Source: Marispirochaeta sp. (GTDB lineage: Bacteria > Spirochaetota > Spirochaetia > JC444 > Marispirochaetaceae). Taken from it: a stretch of 64,000 bases of DNA. The stretch lies in the NCBI GenBank assembly GCA_963676835.2, contig CAXXFF010000001.1:1-64000 (forward strand), written 5' to 3'. The notes under the pieces were generated by a model. The model had not been told where the DNA came from. It was given only the letters and a program-made list of their open reading frames with translations, and ran no database searches. The position numbers and the translations under genes are program-made. Positions 1 through 9,062 of this stretch are shown one piece after another (the stretch's first letter is position 1; every line of letters starts with the position of its first letter).

Positions 1-50
1 TATTGTTGTGAACTAAAAAGACCTCGTTTATTGTATGTTCTTGTGCAAAT

Positions 51-155
51 TGTGTACACCGGCCGAAAACGGACACCCATTCCGGAGGAAAGCGGACAGT
101 GATTCCGGGCAAAAACGGACACCTGTTCCGGCCGAAAACGGACAGTTTTTCCGGA
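51..155. repeat. IS21 left end with four ~23-bp tandem subterminal repeats (AAAACGGACA..TTCCGG)
   Basis: aaaacggacacccattccgg / aaagcggacagtgattccgg / aaaacggacacctgttccgg / aaaacggacagtttttccgg. Confidence 0.85.
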
Positions 156-248
156 GCGCCGGAATTGCTTTAACCTGAAATAAGAAATCCTCGATTAACA
201 CGAGCACTCTCGTCACAATAGCAAAACTACTATTTGACGGAGTACAGA

Positions 249-1798
249 ATGTCGAGAGCGAGGATTCATGTGAAACACATGCGTAAACTGCTTGCGCTCA
301 CGTACGAGAGCAAGCTGGGACTTCGGGATGTATCCCAACTGACCGGGAGTATCTAAAACCACAGTCAGCGAATATCTGGTGCGATTCCGCCGCACCGGGA
401 TCAGCTATGCAGCAAGCCAAAAGCTTACCGATGAGCAGCTGCTTGGCCTGTTCGAAGAGAAAAAGCAGGAAGAAAGTGAGCAGTATACACAACTAACGAC
501 ACTGTTCCCCGAGTACGCCAAACGGCTGAAACAGCGGGGGATGACGAAGCAGTTCCTATGGAAGGAATACCGTAGAAAGTATCCAAACGGATATAGATAC
601 AGTCAGTTCTGTCACCACTTTACGGTGTTTCTGGACTCCGGTGAGGTGACGATGCGTCAGCCCCCACGAGCCTGGAGATATGGCATATCTCGACTATGCC
701 GGAGAAACGTTCCCTTACTATCCTGATGGAGATGAGCAGCGGGCACAAATATTCGTTGCGGTACTCGGAGCAAGTCAGCTGGCCTATGTTGAAGCAAGTG
801 AGAGCCAGAAACAAGAGGCCTTTGTCCGCTCCACAGAACGGGCTCTGAGGTACTTCGGCGGGGTTCCGCGAGCTCTCGTCCCGGATAACCTGAAGGCGGC
901 CGTGCTCAGTGCGAGTAAATATGAGCCGGAGCTTAATCCGTTGTTCGATGATTTTGCCGATTACTACCGGACGACGATAATCCCCGCCAGGGCCTATAAA
1001 CCGAAAGACAAATCCCTGGCGGAGAATGCCGTCAAGTTAACCTATCAGCGGATATTCGCCCCGCTGTACGGCAAGAGGTTCCATTCGTTGGCTGAGCTCA
1101 ACCAGGCCATCGCAGAACTTCTTGAAGAACACAATACCCGGAAACTGACAAAGCTGCAAATCTCACGGCGTCAGTTGTTTGAAGAGATCGAACGGTCTGC
1201 GCTGAAGACGCTGCCGGGCGAACCGTATCCAATGAAATACTTCGAAACTCACAAGGTTGCACCGGACTATCACTTTATCCTGTCAAAAGATAAGCACTAC
1301 TACTCTGTTCCCTGGCAGCTGAAGGGAGAACAGGTCAAAGTGATCTTTGATGAGCGAATTATAGCGGTATATCACAAGAATGTACGCGTAGCCCAGCACC
1401 GCCGGAGCAGAAAGAAAGGACAATACTCCACACAGTCCGCACACATGCCCAGGCACCATCAGTTTGTTGAATCATGGTCGGCGGAGAAGTTTACCACCTG
1501 GGCTCAGTCGATTGGAGAAGAGACGTTCCTGGTGATTTCACATCTATTAAACAGCAAGCCACATGAGCAGCAGGCGTACAAATCCTGCCTTGGTGTGCTG
1601 AACCTGGCAAAGGATGCCGGATCACACCGGCTGAACTGGGCCTGCCAACGTGCGTTGAACTACTCGAGAATCAGTTATCGGGATGTTCGTGCATATCTGG
1701 ATGAAATCATGCGACAAGAAAAGGATGAACAGCAGAACAAACAGGTGTTTCTCTTCGCCGATCACAAGAACCTGCGGGATTCTGCAATCTACAAATGA
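249..1798 (+). pseudogene. istA: IS21 transposase IstA with two +1 frameshifts (real lesions or sequencing indels)
   Basis: ATG 249 (MSRARIHVKHMRKLL); removing one G from GGG at 345-347 restores LTGVSKTTVSEYL; removing one C from CCCCC at 661-665 restores MRQPHEPGDMAYLDYAG; downstream VPDNLK and KPKDKSLAE DDE motifs intact. Confidence 0.88.
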
Positions 1799-1806
1799 GG
1801 TAACCG

Positions 1807-2547
1807 ATGAATAATAATCAGGCGACAATCAACAAGATGACCGAGATGCGTCTCCACGGAATGGTACAGGCCTTCCGTACACTGCAGGAGACCGGACGCC
1901 ATATGGATCTTACGACCGATGAGGTTATCAGCTACCTTGTCGACTCAGAATGGGATGAGAAATACAATCGCCGACTGGCGCGCCTTGCCAATGCGGCCCG
2001 TTTTCGCTATAAGGCAGCGATTGAAGATATCGACTATACCTTCGACCGGAATCTGGACAAAAACCAGATCTTAAGACTTGCAGCCTGCTCCTGGATATCC
2101 CGGGGGCAGGACCTGCTCATCACGGGTCCGACCGGAGGAGGAAAAAGTTTTCTTGGATCGGCTTTCGGACATCAGGCATGTCAGTATGGGTATACCGTCG
2201 CTTACTTTTCCACAACGCGTTTATTCAATGAAATAGCGGCGGCAAGGGATGATGGAACCTACCTGAAGCACTTGTCACGCATAATGAAAAACAAGCTGGT
2301 CATTATCGATGACTTCGGTCTGGAACCGCTGGAGCATACTGCACGGATGGCATTTCTTGAAATCCTTGAAGATCGACACCGGAGAAAATCTACGATAGTG
2401 ATCGCCCAACAGCCGGTAGAAAACTGGCACAGCATTATCGGTGACCCCACGATTGCCGATGCCATAATGGACCGTCTTGCCTTTCATTCTCATAGAATTG
2501 TAATAACCGGGGACTCGGTAAGGAGGAAACTCTATGCTGTAGATTGA
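1807..2547 (+). CDS. istB: IS21 helper ATPase IstB
   Basis: Walker A GPTGGGKS, Walker B VIIDDFG, DPTIADAIMDRL motif. Confidence 0.95.
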   Translation: MNNNQATINKMTEMRLHGMVQAFRTLQETGRHMDLTTDEVISYLVDSEWDEKYNRRLARLANAARFRYKAAIEDIDYTFDRNLDKNQILRLAACSWISRGQDLLITGPTGGGKSFLGSAFGHQACQYGYTVAYFSTTRLFNEIAAARDDGTYLKHLSRIMKNKLVIIDDFGLEPLEHTARMAFLEILEDRHRRKSTIVIAQQPVENWHSIIGDPTIADAIMDRLAFHSHRIVITGDSVRRKLYAVD

Positions 2548-2599
2548 CGCAAAACGGACACCTGATCATACTGAAGACGAGGATTTACTTCCTTCAGGC

Positions 2600-2649
2600 A
2601 GCTGTCCGTTTTCCGCCGGAATCACTGTCCGAAATCATCGGAATACACA
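2600..2649. repeat. IS21 right end with inverted subterminal repeats
   Basis: ctgtccgttttccgccggaatcactgtccgaaatcatcggaatacaca is the reverse complement of the left-end repeat units. Confidence 0.85.
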
Positions 2650-2745
2650 ATTATAAATAACGCTACTGTAAGTAATTAGGGACAATTTAAGCCACTAAGG
2701 AAGTTCCTGGTAAAATAGGATATCTTTATAGCCTTAAGAAGGCAA

Positions 2746-2798
2746 TTGAAGTAGTTGCATAATGGTTGTATAATATGTGTATAAAGGACTACAACCAT
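2746..2798 (+). promoter_or_regulatory. sigma70-type promoter and probable autoregulatory operator of the TA operon
   Basis: TTGAAG(2746)-17 bp-TATAAT(2769); perfect inverted repeat ATGGTTGTA (2762-2770) / TACAACCAT (2790-2798). Confidence 0.65.
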
Positions 2799-3084
2799 GG
2801 CGAGTATAACTATACGAAATATACCAGATTCTGTTTTAAGTCGTGTAAGAACTCTTTCTGAGGTCGAAAAGCGCAGTATAAACAGTGAATTCTTGATACT
2901 TATTGAAAAAGCTTTAACAATAGAAATAGAAACCCGGAAGAGTACAAATACTCCAATATCAAAGGAAAACCAGATCAAAATGTGGGAATCTCTTATTGGA
3001 ACCTGGGAAGATGATCGATCTGCAGAAGAAATCATAAGCGATATATATAGTAGTCGCACAAAAGGGCGGGAAGTCGAGTTATGA
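2797..3084 (+). CDS. Arc/ribbon-helix-helix antitoxin (FitA/VapB-like)
   Basis: MASITIRNIPD...RSINSE N-terminus; C-terminal GTWED motif; 4-nt overlap with PIN toxin. Confidence 0.85.
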   Translation: MASITIRNIPDSVLSRVRTLSEVEKRSINSEFLILIEKALTIEIETRKSTNTPISKENQIKMWESLIGTWEDDRSAEEIISDIYSSRTKGREVEL

Positions 3085-3473
3085 TTCTTCTCGATACAGA
3101 TATTTGTGTTGAATTATTGCGCGGAAACTTGCAAGTAATAGAAAAAAGAAAAGAAGAAAACGATAGTATTGCAGTATCTTTTATGACTGCTTCGGAACTA
3201 TATTATGGAGCGTATAAGTCAAAAAAGCCGGCAGAAAACAGTTTACGCGTAGAAGAGTTTTTACTGACTGTTAATATAATCCAAAGCAATATAAGAATTG
3301 CAAAACTATTCGGACAGCTTAAAAGCAGATTACAGTTAAATGGATTTCCGATAGAGGATGCTGATATTTTCATTGCTGCTACGTGCCTTGAAGGATGTGA
3401 AAAACTGATAACCGGTAATGTAAAACATTATAATCGTATCGATGAGCTAAAGATAGAAAATTGGATACGGTAA
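3081..3473 (+). CDS. vapC: PIN-domain toxin, VapC family
   Basis: ILLDTDI, ELYYG, DADIFIAAT, LITGNVKHY motifs. Confidence 0.92.
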   Translation: MILLDTDICVELLRGNLQVIEKRKEENDSIAVSFMTASELYYGAYKSKKPAENSLRVEEFLLTVNIIQSNIRIAKLFGQLKSRLQLNGFPIEDADIFIAATCLEGCEKLITGNVKHYNRIDELKIENWIR

Positions 3474-3486
3474 CTACGTGAGAAAT

Positions 3487-3667
3487 ATATAACCAGCAAT
3501 TGGAACAGACAAAACCTATTGTCATGGGTATTTGCATTAGCATAACGGTCGTGGATGCTGTTTCTGGAATGAGAGTGTAAAATCGGTGGTATAATGAAGT
3601 TATTCAGGCAGCAAAAACACATGCCAATGCTTCCTGCCCGGCTTTGCAGCTCAAATGGATGTTATAT
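3487..3667 (+). repeat. attC-like site 1 (complete, 181 bp)
   Basis: ATATAAC (3487) ... GTTATAT (3661); arms CAGCAATTGGAACAGACAAAACC / GGCTTTGCAGCTCAAATGGAT form an imperfect hairpin. Confidence 0.8.
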
Positions 3668-3723
3668 AGGTATAGGGTATAAATGACAGAATCTCTCGTG
3701 AAAGGTTATAGAGGCATAATTAA

Positions 3724-4449
3724 ATGAAAATCTATGCAATCGGTGATATTCATGGAAATTACGATCTGTTAAAAAAGCTCTTTATGAAAATAACTGAAGA
3801 AATTCAACCGGAAGACAAAGTTGTTTTGCTTGGTGATATAATTGACGGTGGAGCAAAAACCAAAGAATGCATAGACTTGATTCTTGAGAAAAGTGATGAT
3901 TACAACATAATCGCATTGAAGGGAAACCATGAAGAGTGGATGTTAAACACGTTGAGAGATCATAGTAAACATTCCTGGATTATAAGCATGGAAGGTTTAT
4001 ACACTATAAAAAGTTATTCACAAACTGCTTAAGACGAAATAACTACAAAAGCAAAAAAGATAGGTCCAGAGTTAATTACAGATAATATTTCATTGCCATA
4101 TGATTCCTTCTTTAATGCAGTACCAAAAGCACATATCAATTTCTTCAATAATTTGAAGAACTATTACAAGGTAGGGAATTACATATTTACTCATGCTGGT
4201 GTTGACCCATTCGCTACAAATTTGATTGAGATGGAAGAACGTAAATTTAGATGGGGTTTTGATGGCTTTCCGGAAAAATATAATGGAACGAACGTGATTG
4301 TTTACGGTCATTTTAGTAATCTTGCTATTAAAACCGGAGACAGTATTAAACCGTATATCTGCAATAATACCATATGTTTGGACACTCAAAAATATGGCGT
4401 TCTAAGTGGCTTAAGAATACCTGGGAAGAAGTTAATACAAGTTTCATAA
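3724..4449 (+). pseudogene. Calcineurin-like Ser/Thr protein phosphatase (metallophosphoesterase) interrupted by an in-frame TAA at 4030-4032
   Basis: GDIHG, GDIIDGG, KGNHE in the 5' part and HAG, VYGH, LDT in the 3' part; both ORFs are in the same frame. Confidence 0.85.
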
Positions 4450-4469
4450 AGGTTAATCCTATTTCCAGA

Positions 4470-4560
4470 CGATTCCGGACTTAAAACGTAGTAAAATGCA
4501 GATGAGTTGCAGCACAAACAGCGCCAGCTTAACGGTTTACAGCTCAATTGGATGTTATGT
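4470..4560 (+). repeat. attC-like site 2 (right half only)
   Basis: GATTCCGG..CGTAGTAAAATG..CAGCACAAACAGCGCCAGCTTAACGGTTTACAGCTCAATTGGATGTTATGT matches the right halves of sites 3 and 5; no TAAC-CAGCAATTG left arm; left coordinate approximate. Confidence 0.75.
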
Positions 4561-4694
4561 TGACACAAATTTTATTGAATAGGATATTCATCAAATAAAG
4601 ATGCTTGGAAGCTAATTTTGAACAATTAGAGTGAAACAGTGAATAAAAAGATATTTCCAAAACCAATAAGCTCTTCACTGAAAAGTAGAACTAC

Positions 4695-5456
4695 ATGAAT
4701 ATTCTTGTGACAAGTGATTTGCATGGTAATATGGATGCCTTTAAAACCTTCTCTGAAATGATAAAAAAAAAGTATGATTACGGTATTATAGCTGGTGATC
4801 TACTTGAGGACTCTATAACTTTAAATGAAATGCAAAATGCTTTATCTCTGGAACCTGATGATTTACTAGAAGAACTATTCGATCCATATGATACCATTGA
4901 AGATCTTGAAGATCGGGTAGTTGAATATAAACTAAATCCGGACTCCTTACTATCAAAGACTCTTCAAGTGAAAGAAAATGATTACAGGAGTGTATTAAAT
5001 AGTGCACTCAAAACTATCTTCGTATTACGAGGTAACCATGATCGCTCAAAGTGGGAAAGCAGAGAGAATCTGTTTAACATTAACTTAAAAAGGTTTGAAA
5101 TTAAAAGTTATAATGTTGTTGGGTTTGAATATACTAGGCTTTTTACAACAGAAAAACAAGAAGAAGAGCTAATCCGACCACTCTATGAATTAGTTGACAC
5201 TAAAACTATTCTTGTTACACATGCACCTGCATATAATATGCTTGATAGAAACTATAGAGGTATACCAATAGGTAGTAAACCAATTGCAAAACTGGTTCAA
5301 AGATGCTGTCCTGCTGTACATGTATTCGGTCATGTACATGATTCTGCTGGTATACACGAGAACTTTGCTAACGTTTCATTCCCGAAGAGGAAAAGATTTT
5401 ACAAAGTTGTCGAACGACGATCAAAATTTAAGATTAAGCAAGTAAATCTTTGGTAG
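4695..5456 (+). CDS. Metallophosphoesterase (Icc/calcineurin-like)
   Basis: SDLHG, AGDL, RGNHD, THAP, GHVH motifs. Confidence 0.88.
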   Translation: MNILVTSDLHGNMDAFKTFSEMIKKKYDYGIIAGDLLEDSITLNEMQNALSLEPDDLLEELFDPYDTIEDLEDRVVEYKLNPDSLLSKTLQVKENDYRSVLNSALKTIFVLRGNHDRSKWESRENLFNINLKRFEIKSYNVVGFEYTRLFTTEKQEEELIRPLYELVDTKTILVTHAPAYNMLDRNYRGIPIGSKPIAKLVQRCCPAVHVFGHVHDSAGIHENFANVSFPKRKRFYKVVERRSKFKIKQVNLW

Positions 5457-5464
5457 TGGTGCAA

Positions 5465-5634
5465 ACATAACCGGCAATTGGAGCAGACAAACCTACTGTC
5501 ACAGTTTGTGCAGTAATTGAAACATTTAGATGTAACTTTAAGGTGTTTCCGAACTGGAATCGTAGTAAAATGCTTGTGAGCTACAGCACGAACAGCGCCA
5601 GCTTATCGGTTTGTAGCTCAATTGGATGTTATAT
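5465..5634 (+). repeat. attC-like site 3 (complete, 170 bp)
   Basis: ACATAAC ... GTTATAT; CAATTG(G)AGC..ACAAACC pairs with GGTTTGT.GCTCAATTG; further arm pairing GTTTGTGC/GCACGAAC. Confidence 0.82.
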
Positions 5635-5693
5635 ACACAAGGGTAAGAGATGTGTATAAAATTATAGTAAAATGATAATGTATTGAGGTCGTA

Positions 5694-6809
5694 ATGAATA
5701 GCGGTAAAATATCTATTGAATTACAAAGAAAATTGTTTGAAATTCCCGAATACAAAAAATACTTTAAATTAATGGGTGGTTACCAAGAAAATGGCTTATG
5801 GATACAGAAATATGATCTAATGACTGGAAACCCAGAGGATAATATACCAAAAAATATTTTGGATATATTTCTAAACGAGGTTGATGTAAAACATAAGATT
5901 CATATACGTGTTATTAGTGATCAACAAAATATATCTGACTTCATCATTAGTGATAAAATAAAGCGAATGGTTGATAAAGATATAATTTTTAGCCAAATCT
6001 CAATAGCTGAATTTAATATAGAGAAAAAGAATCGCCAACAAGAATCGGAAAGAAATAAGAGTTTTTATAGTTTCAACACTGAAGAACAAATAGAAGATGA
6101 ATTAGATTACAGATTTAATATAATTAAAGAGTTAAATAAAAACGAAAGGCTACTTGCAGCTAAAGTAAGCGATTTATTAAATGAAAAGCCAAAAGTAAAT
6201 AAAAATGAATTTATTACTGGTGATTTAGATTGTAAATATTTACAGAAAGCACCTGAAAATTGGCCTAACAAGATTGATCTTCCAGAATCAATAAAGAAAT
6301 TATTAGGTAAACAATATTCTAAGCATAGTCTTAAGTACGCAATAGATCATGGAGAAGAATTGTACAGTGATGAGGAGTTGGAAGAAAGAGTTGGTAATGG
6401 GAGAGCATGGTCTATGCCCATATTGCAAGATAAATTAATATATTTTGAAAATTATGAATCAATATGCAATACTTTAGAAACTTTTATTCAGAATTTAACT
6501 CAGTTACCTTTTGTATTATCAAAAGCTACCGGATACGGTGGGATTGGAATATACAGACATCTTCATACGGAGGCTGCATTAGCATTTAGAGAAGACCTAC
6601 CTAATATAATTTACCTGGAGTTGTATGGATTACTAAGAGCAGTAAATGGAAAAGATTTTTCTACGAAAGAATATGAAGAATATCTTGTAAGGAAGAAATA
6701 TTCTGAGGGGAAACTATTTATACCTGACGGCCCATTAGTTATTCAAATGCTAAATGCAACTTTATCTAATTACAGTTATCCGGGAGTTGGCGTGCCATTA
6801 TACCTATAA
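5694..6809 (+). CDS. Hypothetical protein (371 aa), cassette-borne
   Basis: Long AT-rich ORF with GAGG RBS, filling the interval between two repeats; no recognised motif. Confidence 0.75.
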   Translation: MNSGKISIELQRKLFEIPEYKKYFKLMGGYQENGLWIQKYDLMTGNPEDNIPKNILDIFLNEVDVKHKIHIRVISDQQNISDFIISDKIKRMVDKDIIFSQISIAEFNIEKKNRQQESERNKSFYSFNTEEQIEDELDYRFNIIKELNKNERLLAAKVSDLLNEKPKVNKNEFITGDLDCKYLQKAPENWPNKIDLPESIKKLLGKQYSKHSLKYAIDHGEELYSDEELEERVGNGRAWSMPILQDKLIYFENYESICNTLETFIQNLTQLPFVLSKATGYGGIGIYRHLHTEAALAFREDLPNIIYLELYGLLRAVNGKDFSTKEYEEYLVRKKYSEGKLFIPDGPLVIQMLNATLSNYSYPGVGVPLYL

Positions 6810-6847
6810 AATCAGAACAAATTGAAACCTCAACACGATGATAGAGT

Positions 6848-6905
6848 ACGTAACCAGCAATTGGAGCAGTCATGGCTACTGTCATGGTTCGTGTATTATT
6901 GGAAA
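6848..6905 (+). repeat. attC-like site 4 (left half only)
   Basis: ACGTAACCAGCAATTGGAGCAGTCATGGCTACTGTCATGGTTCGTG matches the left arms of sites 1, 3 and 5; no CAGCTCAATTGGATGTT follows; right coordinate approximate. Confidence 0.72.
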
Positions 6906-7188
6906 CCAGGTGATTGAAGATAGATGAATTGCAGAATACAGAAATTTTGTTAGAGAAGGAAATAAAGATCAAGAACTTCTTGAATATTGAAAATGGTTCA
7001 GTACAAGCGTATTGCTAACATCTGGCCAGGGATAGTGTGTACAATAATCTTGATAAACCCGATCTTCGTGGACTATCGTTTCATATTGAAAATGATACTC
7101 CCCCCTATGAACAGGATCATTCAAAAGGATTATCCCATGCATTTAATAACAAAAAAAATAATGGCTATGTCGTAAGGTCATTTCAAAG

Positions 7189-8733
7189 GTGGTAGCTTTG
7201 TCTATAACTCATATAGTGGAAGTGCCGATTATTGTGCTTCTTGTCATTGTAACCATAGCGATTCTGATAAGTGGTAAGCTGCTATTACGATTTATCCGGT
7301 TAAAGAGGGCTGTATATAGTGGGCTACAATTTATCAGGGACAATCCTAGCATATACAATTATAAGGAATTTGATGTCTCTAAATACACGGGTAAGGAACT
7401 TAACAACCTGGCTAAAATCATCAATTATCTGGTAAATAAGCTTGTACACGCAGGCTGCGAACATAAAGAGGTTATTGTTGCTCTATCAATACAGAAGACT
7501 TTCATGAACCCCATGTTGGAACGGTCTGAAGAAGGCAAGACACTCTCGACTGGAACTTTGGACAGTCCTCTCTTTAGGCTGTTCGGATATCATGAAAGTA
7601 TTGACCCTGTTTCTGGTGACTTTTTTAATTTTCTGAAACTGGACGAAAACCATTATGCAATGATCCAGTTAAATATATCTGGACATGGGATTAACGCTTC
7701 CATAATTAAGGCACAGATTGCAGCGCTGTTCGTAGACTATTTCATGAACGTGCGGAATATGGCCAGGAGCACAGGCAATTTACAATATAACCTCAGAGAA
7801 TTTGTTCTCAAGATCAATGAATTCTTCTATGAATTTGGATTCAGCGGTAGGTTCGCTGTTTTCAATCTTTTGGTGATAAATTTTCGTACAGGTGAGTACA
7901 AAAGAGTCATGGCCGGTAGTAATCCTATAAGGATTTATAAAGCAAAAGACCAGAAAATCAAAATAATACCTTCAAGCAGTCCCTCGGCAGGTACATTAGA
8001 TCCCAGTATATTTGACATAAAACCCACCATATGGAAGGTTACGAAAGGTAAGCTTAACAGTGGTGACATCCTATTTCTTTGCCGCGATGGGTTTGAGGAG
8101 TCTTACCGTTTCCTTCGAGATAAAAACTTTAACATGATTGAATATAAGGACACTGACCGGGAACTGAGAGAAAAAGACCAGTTATTGATCGATTCTTCTT
8201 ACGTAGAATCATCAAAGCCAGGTCACGAAGCTAAAGAGGTAAAAACAGCCACTCTTGATGAAAAAGTTGATATAGACATGAATGATCAGTTTCGAAAAAG
8301 TGTTGGCTTTTCAAAGTATAGACGGATACACGCTTCTGAAAACACAGAGGAGTTTGATGAAACCCGAATACACGATATCATTGAGAAGGTGATGAGTCGC
8401 GGGCAATACATCCTATACCGGAGGGTAGATGCTACCATAGATAAACCACTTCACTTCAACTTCAGTTCCCTTAAAGGTACAGGTGAGGAATGTGTACTTG
8501 CTTTGATTTCAGTGGAAAAAGTATTTCGAATAATACCAGATCGTTCAGGCGGGCACCGATCAAAGGTACGTGTAGACAAAAAAATCGACAGTTTCTTAGA
8601 AGCATGCTTTGTTGAGTTCAAAGAATTTTATAATAATCCTATACAGGAAGAACCGGGATATATCTACTACTCTCATCTCAGGGAAGATGATCAGAGCGAT
8701 GACTTATGTGTGTGGGCATACGAACAAAAGTAG
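7189..8733 (+). CDS. SpoIIE/PP2C-family phosphatase-like protein with N-terminal TM helix and HAMP-like linker; probably 5'-damaged
   Basis: VSGDFF, NISGHG (Asp replaced by Asn), GRFAVF, RDGFEES, QSDDL motifs. Confidence 0.75.
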   Translation: MVALSITHIVEVPIIVLLVIVTIAILISGKLLLRFIRLKRAVYSGLQFIRDNPSIYNYKEFDVSKYTGKELNNLAKIINYLVNKLVHAGCEHKEVIVALSIQKTFMNPMLERSEEGKTLSTGTLDSPLFRLFGYHESIDPVSGDFFNFLKLDENHYAMIQLNISGHGINASIIKAQIAALFVDYFMNVRNMARSTGNLQYNLREFVLKINEFFYEFGFSGRFAVFNLLVINFRTGEYKRVMAGSNPIRIYKAKDQKIKIIPSSSPSAGTLDPSIFDIKPTIWKVTKGKLNSGDILFLCRDGFEESYRFLRDKNFNMIEYKDTDRELREKDQLLIDSSYVESSKPGHEAKEVKTATLDEKVDIDMNDQFRKSVGFSKYRRIHASENTEEFDETRIHDIIEKVMSRGQYILYRRVDATIDKPLHFNFSSLKGTGEECVLALISVEKVFRIIPDRSGGHRSKVRVDKKIDSFLEACFVEFKEFYNNPIQEEPGYIYYSHLREDDQSDDLCVWAYEQK

Positions 8734-8838
8734 TAGTAGGAATCAAAATACGGACTATTCATTTCCAGAAATCAAAAAGCTGGTATTAGTTAAAGGCGTT
8801 CCATAAATTACCAAAGGCTGATTGTAAAGGGTATGCTA

Positions 8839-9010
8839 ACATAACCAGACTTTGGAGCAGTCAAATCCTTTTGTCATGGTTTGTGCAGCAAGGGAACACG
8901 ATGAATGTAAGTTTCATGTGATTCCGAGCTGATATTGTAGTAGAATGGATAAGTAGTTGCAGCACTAACCAAGCCAGCTTAACGCCACGCAGCTCAATTG
9001 GATGTTATAC
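8839..9010 (+). repeat. attC-like site 5 (complete, 172 bp)
   Basis: ACATAACCAGACTTTGGAGCAG ... GCAGCTCAATTGGATGTTATAC. Confidence 0.8.
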
Positions 9011-9062
9011 GGACAAAATTTTTGACAATTAAAATGTTTACAGACAATGAAATATATATTTT

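Larger units (their letters stand above)
51..2649 (+). mobile_element. IS21-family insertion sequence (istA + istB)
   Basis: Terminal inverted repeats TGTGTAcaCCG... (51) and ...CGGaaTACACA (2649); multiple subterminal CGGACA(C/G) repeats at both ends; DDE transposase followed by AAA ATPase. No clear target duplication with these ends. Confidence 0.93.

Noticed and set aside
60..155. Tandem ~23-bp repeats as a CRISPR array or iterons
   Set aside because: No unique spacers; mirrored at the other end of the element, as expected for IS21 transposase-binding repeats.
6987..7175. 62-aa ORF as an independent gene
   Set aside because: No RBS or motif; the region is better explained as the decayed 5' part of the downstream unit.
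3487..9010. Intergenic repeats as CRISPR repeats, REP elements or simple terminators
   Set aside because: Too long and divergent, separated by whole genes, no poly-U tail, and bounded by AAC/GTT core sites.
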